Below are positions 58,262 through 64,000 of a stretch of 64,000 nucleotides of DNA, piece after piece. Numbering within the stretch: position 1 is the first letter of the stretch; each line of letters starts with the position of its first letter. The position numbers were made by a program, and so were the translations under genes. The notes under the pieces are model-generated. The model had not been told where the DNA came from, searched no databases, and saw only the letters and a list, made by a program, of their open reading frames with translations. Origin of the DNA: Vicinamibacteria bacterium (GTDB lineage Bacteria; Acidobacteriota; Vicinamibacteria; Vicinamibacterales; JAENWD01); contig CAVXNR010000006.1 of NCBI GenBank assembly GCA_963763095.1, positions 70,125 to 134,124 of the forward strand, in the 5' to 3' direction.

Positions 58262-59227
58262 TGTTCACCGGACCTGTGCTCGTGACGGGCGCCGCCGGCT
58301 TCGCCGGCAGTCACCTGCTCGACGCCTTGCGCGGGCGCGGCGCCGCGGTAGAAGGCTGGGCGCGCCCGGACACACCCGTCGTTCTTCCGCCATCTTCCGC
58401 CAGGCGTGTTGTGGCGGCACGTCGAGCTGCTGGATTTCCCAGCCGTCCGCCAGGCGATCGCCGAGTCCCGACCGTCGCTCATCTTCCACCTCGCGGGCGC
58501 GGCCCACGTCGGGCAGTCGTGGCAAGCGGTCGCCCCGACGCTCGAGGTGAACGTGATGGGCACGGAGAACATCCTCGCGGCAGACCGGCAGCTCGGGCTC
58601 GGCGCAAGCATTCTGGTGACGGGGTCCGCCAGCGTCTACCGGGACTCCGAACACCCGCTGACCGAAGAGTCGGAGCTCGCACCCGCCAGCCCGTACGCAG
58701 TCAGCAAGCTTGCGCAGGAACAACTCGCGGTTCGGGCCGTCGGCGACGGGCAGCGTGTGTTCGTGACTCGTCCGTTCAACCACATCGGACCTCGCCAGGC
58801 GCCTTCATTCGCCACGGCAAGCTTCGCGCGGCAGATCGCGCGCATCGAGCGGGGCGGGGAGCCGCCGTTGATTCGTGTCGGCAACCTCTCTCCCCGGCGC
58901 GATGTGACGGACGTGCGTGACACCGTGCAGGCCTACATCGCCGTGATCGAACGTGGCACGCCGGGCATCGTGTACAACGTCTGTTCCGGCACTGCGCCGA
59001 GCATGCAAGAAGTGCTCGATGGCCTGCGCCGTCGAGCATCCGTCCAGGTCGACGTCGAAATCGACCCGGCGCTGGCTCGCCCGCACGACGCGCCGGTGGT
59101 CGTCGGCAATCACGAACGCCTGACACACGACACCGGCTGGCACCCAACGATCACTCTCGAGCGGACGCTTGACGACCTCCTCGCGTTCTGGCGGGATACT
59201 GTCGAGCGGGACGAGATCGGTTCCTGA
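58261..59227 (+). pseudogene. NAD-dependent sugar epimerase/dehydratase (GDP-sugar reductase-like), frameshifted by a 10-bp tandem duplication
   Basis: ATG 58261 overlaps the rfbB stop (TGATG). VTGAAGFAGSHL, YAVSKLAQE (YxxxK). CTTCCGCCA occurs at 58384-58392 and again at 58394-58402. Deleting one 10-nt copy restores ..VVLPPGVLWRHVELLD... Confidence 0.8.
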
Positions 59228-59320
59228 TCGCCCGTCGGGAACTGCTTGACAGGCGCGCCCTCATCGCGACATCATCAACGAACAAAAGGCGAAACTCCTC
59301 CGCATCGCGCCACTTCCACC

Positions 59321-60351
59321 ATGGCTGCCAGAAGCGCGCCCCTCTTCCCGCTGGAGCTGCATCCCACCACGCGGGACGTTGCGCGGATGGTGAAGGATGG
59401 GGGCGCGGATGCCCTCACGGAGGCACAGCGACGGGCGGACGATGCGAGGTATCAGGAAGTGCGGTGCCGTTCCGCGCTGAATCCTGTGGAGGGCATGCCG
59501 TTCCGATGGACGCTCAACCCATACAGAGGGTGCACCCACGGGTGTCATTACTGCTTCGCACGGCGCTACCACGAGCAGTTCGAGCTTGGAGCGGGCGACG
59601 AGTTCGCCACCGTCATCCTGGTGAAGACAAACCTCCCGGAAGTGCTGCGCCGCGAGCTCGCACGGCCGGCCTGGACGCGCGAGCAGGTGGCTGTTGGCAC
59701 GGCGACGGACCCGTACCAGCCGATCGAAGGCCACTACAAGCTGACCCGGCAATCGCTCGAGGCGTTGTGTGCCGCGCGCACGCCGGTGGGGCTCGTGACG
59801 AAGGGACCGATGGTCGTGCGCGACGCCGACCTGTTCACCGCAATCGCGGCGTGGCCTCGTGCACGGTCTATGTGAGTGTCCCGTCGGTCAACGAAGATGC
59901 ATGGCGCCGTCTCGAACCGGGTACCGCGTCACCCTGGCAGCGGTTGAAGGCTGTGCGAGCGCTGGCAGACGCGGGTGTGCACGTCGGCGTGCTGATGGCA
60001 CCGCTCGTCCCGGGCATCACGGCCGATCGCGAGTCGATTGAAACGACAATCCGTGCGGTCGCCGACCACGGCGCACGCTTCGTTGGTGCAAACGTGCTCT
60101 ACCTGCAAGGTGGCACGCGCACCCACTTCCTGGAGTTTCTCGGGCGCGAATACCCGGAGCTCAGCGCGGCATACGACGAGCTCTACGCGGGGGGATCGAA
60201 GTACGCCAGCCGTGATTATGCGACCGAGGTGCAGGGCATGGTTCGCACCCTCAGGGCACGCTACGGCATGACGACGAGCGAGCGCCCGTCGCGGGAGGTG
60301 CCAGTGGCTCCGCCACCTCCGCGCGAGCAGACCGCGTTCGACTGGGGATGA
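59321..60351 (+). pseudogene. Radical SAM protein, one -1 frameshift
   Basis: CTHGCHYC (CxxxCxxC) cluster motif. The C-half (..CTVYVSVPSVNEDAWRRLEPGTASPWQRLKAV..) is in the frame of ORF 59464..60351. Join at about 59838-59860. ATG 59321 is preferred over TTG 59246, which is part of a TTGACA box. Confidence 0.7.
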
Positions 60352-60408
60352 GGGTACACACGAAAGGCCGGAGCGACGCCCCGGCCTCTCGTGCTGCCGC
60401 CTCAGACG

Positions 60409-62718
<2,310 letters not shown>

Positions 62719-62915
62719 GTTCGCAGCCTCCTGCGTTTGTACGTGGAGCAAGTTTAGGGCCACTAGCGTGAACGCCCCGCTGGCCGTGCGGACAAGGGGT
62801 TGCTGGCGTTCGGGTTGCGGTTCGGGACGGGCGCGGTGCCGCACGGAAGGCCCCGCGTGCGGAACGAGACGCGAAGGCGCTCCGTGCGGGGAAAGGAAGG
62901 GCGATGAACTGCCGA

Positions 62916-63742
62916 TTACGAGCGTCCGAGCAGCGCGGCCACGCGCTGCTCGGTAGGCGGATGCGTGCTGAAGAGCGCCATCATGCCGCCCGCGCTGAAG
63001 GGCTTGATGATGAACATGTGCGCAGTAGCCGGGTTGGCCTCGAGCGGCACGCGGCGCGCGACGGCCTCGATCTTCCGCAGCGCGTTGACGAGCCCATGAG
63101 GCGATCCCGCGATCGCCGCCCCACCCGCATCGGCGGCGAACTCCCGTGACCGTGAGATGGCGGCCTGGATCAGGCCGGCGGCCACCGGCCCGAGGATCAT
63201 CATCAGCAGCAACGCCGCGGGATTGGCGCCCTCGCGGTCGTCCCGGCTGCCTCCGAAGAACATCGCGAACCGCGCCGCCATCATGATCGCCGCGGCGATC
63301 GTCGCGGCCACCGAGCTGATGAGGATGTCGCGGTGCTTCACGTGCGCGAGCTCGTGGGCAATCACGCCATCGAGTTCTTCCGGACCGAGCGCTCGCAGGA
63401 TGCCCTCGGTGGCAGCCACCGCCGCATGCTGCGGGTTGCGCCCGGTGGCAAACGCGTTCGGGCGAGCTGTCCGGGATGATGTACACCTTGGGCATCGGCA
63501 GGCCCGCGCGTCTGAGCAAGGCGCGCCACCGTGGCGTACAACGGATGCCCCGCCCCGACCTCCTGTGCCCGATACATCCTGAGGACGATCTTGTCCGAGT
63601 AGAAGTACGACACGAAGTTCGTGCCCGCGGCAAAGAGGAACGCAATCAGCAGTCCCTGCGCCCCGCCCAGCACCTCACCGATGAACAGCAACAGGGCGCT
63701 CAGCGCCCCGAGGAGCAACGTCGTCTTCAGTGTGTTTGTCAT
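62916..63742 (-). pseudogene. htpX: Zinc metalloprotease HtpX, two +1 frameshifts
   Basis: ATG 63742. N-terminal TM helices, then ..[17 protein letters not shown]|[21 protein letters not shown].., and HELAHV (HExxH). Joins at ~63505-63517 and at CCC (plus-strand GGG) 63460-63462. Confidence 0.85.
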
Positions 63743-64000
63743 GGCTGTTTGAACGTGGCCTCCTCGGCCGCGGTGCAGCAGAAACGAAATCGTGCAGGCG
63801 CACCTCGTCGGACGAGCCCGTCTCCGATTCAGAACCCCAGGCGTGGACGGGAAATTCCCATCCGCTGGCTCCGATCGACACTGATGCGATCCGCGTGCCT
63901 GAGTAGCTGGTCGCGTTTGGGCCGGCAGCGCTTCAGCCCTGCACAGATGCGGGATGTGAGGTTAGGTGGCGGCGCTCCTCACCAGTGCAACCCGTGGCGC

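Overview
High-GC bacterial chromosomal window packed with core housekeeping genes on both strands. The gene content (duplicated MacB/FtsX 'ADOP'-type orphan permease, paired M16 peptidases, HEAT-cyclophilin lipoprotein, tonB-exbB-exbD-exbD, membrane H+-PPase) suggests an Acidobacteriota-like organism, but that is inference only. I place 57 protein-coding loci, including ileS-lspA-lgt-rluD, lon, relA/spoT, secDF-yajC-tgt, prfA-prmC, moaE-moaD, accD-folC, lptD and rfbB. I recognised no rRNA, tRNA, CRISPR, transposase, phage or defence genes. Four things are not explained by ordinary annotation. (1) Two tandem micro-genes (49204-49266 and 49451-49507) are absent from the ORF track. They encode 20- and 18-aa Lys/Ala polycationic peptides, each with its own Shine-Dalgarno and strong intrinsic terminator, behind an AT-rich consensus promoter. 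All aligned codon differences between the copies are synonymous. (2) A family of 7-bp (and 28-bp = 4x7) tandem repeats with an AAGGGCY/GCCCTT core sits exactly at gene 3' ends. It is always in mRNA-sense orientation, has stop codons embedded in the repeat, and has G-quadruplex-type spacing. (3) Fifteen otherwise ordinary genes, several of them essential, need 22 frame corrections. Nineteen of these are +1, many fall at homopolymers, and one is a clean 10-bp tandem duplication. Uncorrected assembly indels are the most likely cause, but this must be checked. (4) The hppA-tonB spacer carries a consensus promoter followed by two terminator-like hairpins, so it is a candidate attenuator or sRNA. 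All coordinates and joins were worked out by hand from the sequence and ORF track. No database search was possible.
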